DNA of 63,085 nt, counting the filler, from Bigelowiella natans CCMP2755 (taxonomy: Eukaryota; Protista; Cercozoa): NCBI GenBank assembly GCA_000320545.1. It is 6 parts of 6 records of this genome, joined end to end, with 100 filler letters (N's around TTAATTAATTAA, not from the genome) between each part and the next. Parts side by side here need not be neighbours in the genome. Positions count along the whole stretch, not along the records: positions 60,084 to 63,085 come from ADNK01001897.1; 5 more parts are not named here. One strand, written 5' to 3'. Shown here in pieces: positions 62,781 to 63,085 of the stretch (positions within the stretch are counted from its first letter, which is position 1; each line of letters begins with the position of its first letter). The translations under genes were made by a program, and so were the position numbers. Under the pieces are notes generated by a model. The model saw nothing but the letters and a program-made list of their open reading frames with translations. It was not told the origin of the DNA and made no database searches.

Positions 62781-63085
62781 TATATATATTATATACATAT
62801 GTTGCTCTTCGCCTCGCACAGATTCAGGTCTTCTGGGCCGAGTTGATGCGCCGCGTCGCCAGATTCGTTCCAAAGTGTGATAGCGCGAGTCCACAGCGCG
62901 ATTCCCATCCGTAGGAGTCTAAGCAGAGGCGAGGGTCTTTTTAAAACCCGGGAAATGACGACGACGATGATGACGATGCTGCTGCTGCTGCTGATGATGA
63001 TGATAATGTTTTGGACGACGAATTGAAGCCGAAGGCTGTGAGTCTCGAGAGATGAAGTTGATGCTATGGGTGTTTTATGATAGAT
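62437..63085. repeat. Long inverted repeat (arms 62437-62721 and 62802-63085, running off the window) around a (TA)n-rich spacer
   Basis: The right arm is the reverse complement of the left arm except for one ~25-nt block and a few point differences. Confidence 0.93.

Overview
Eukaryotic nuclear DNA from an intron-rich protist: short GT-AG exons, many introns filled with microsatellites. A chlorarachniophyte/SAR alga is plausible from gene style and bipartite-looking leaders, but that is inference. The window is six unrelated contigs joined by artificial 100-nt N-TTAATTAATTAA-N linkers, so several genes are truncated. Genes spliced by hand: lysyl-tRNA synthetase (3' part), a secreted-looking hypothetical protein, a pseudo-GST(Xi/GHR)-OTU deubiquitinase fusion with a signal+transit-like leader, non-specific phospholipase C with a ricin-B lectin tail, RPS3a, a MYCBP-like protein, Ulp1/SENP SUMO protease, ATP10, NKAP, a Tas-like aldo-keto reductase (3'), an MRS2-like Mg transporter (5'), a HAT3.1/PRH-like PHD protein, a TruB-S1(-RRM) protein, 2-oxoglutarate dehydrogenase E1 (3'), a secreted Cys-rich aerolysin/ETX-MTX2-like protein and a kinesin-4. 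The most striking unexplained signal is four intergenic islands (about 9.3-10.0, 16.4-16.8, 30.0-31.1 and 51.6-52.0 kb). They have lost almost all TpA dinucleotides while keeping CpG and being rich in TpG/CpA. They contain a MITE, a tandem duplication and apparently decayed coding sequence. This looks like repeat-targeted TpA->TpG/CpA (A:T->G:C) hypermutation, the mirror image of fungal RIP. All counts are by hand and no database searches were run.
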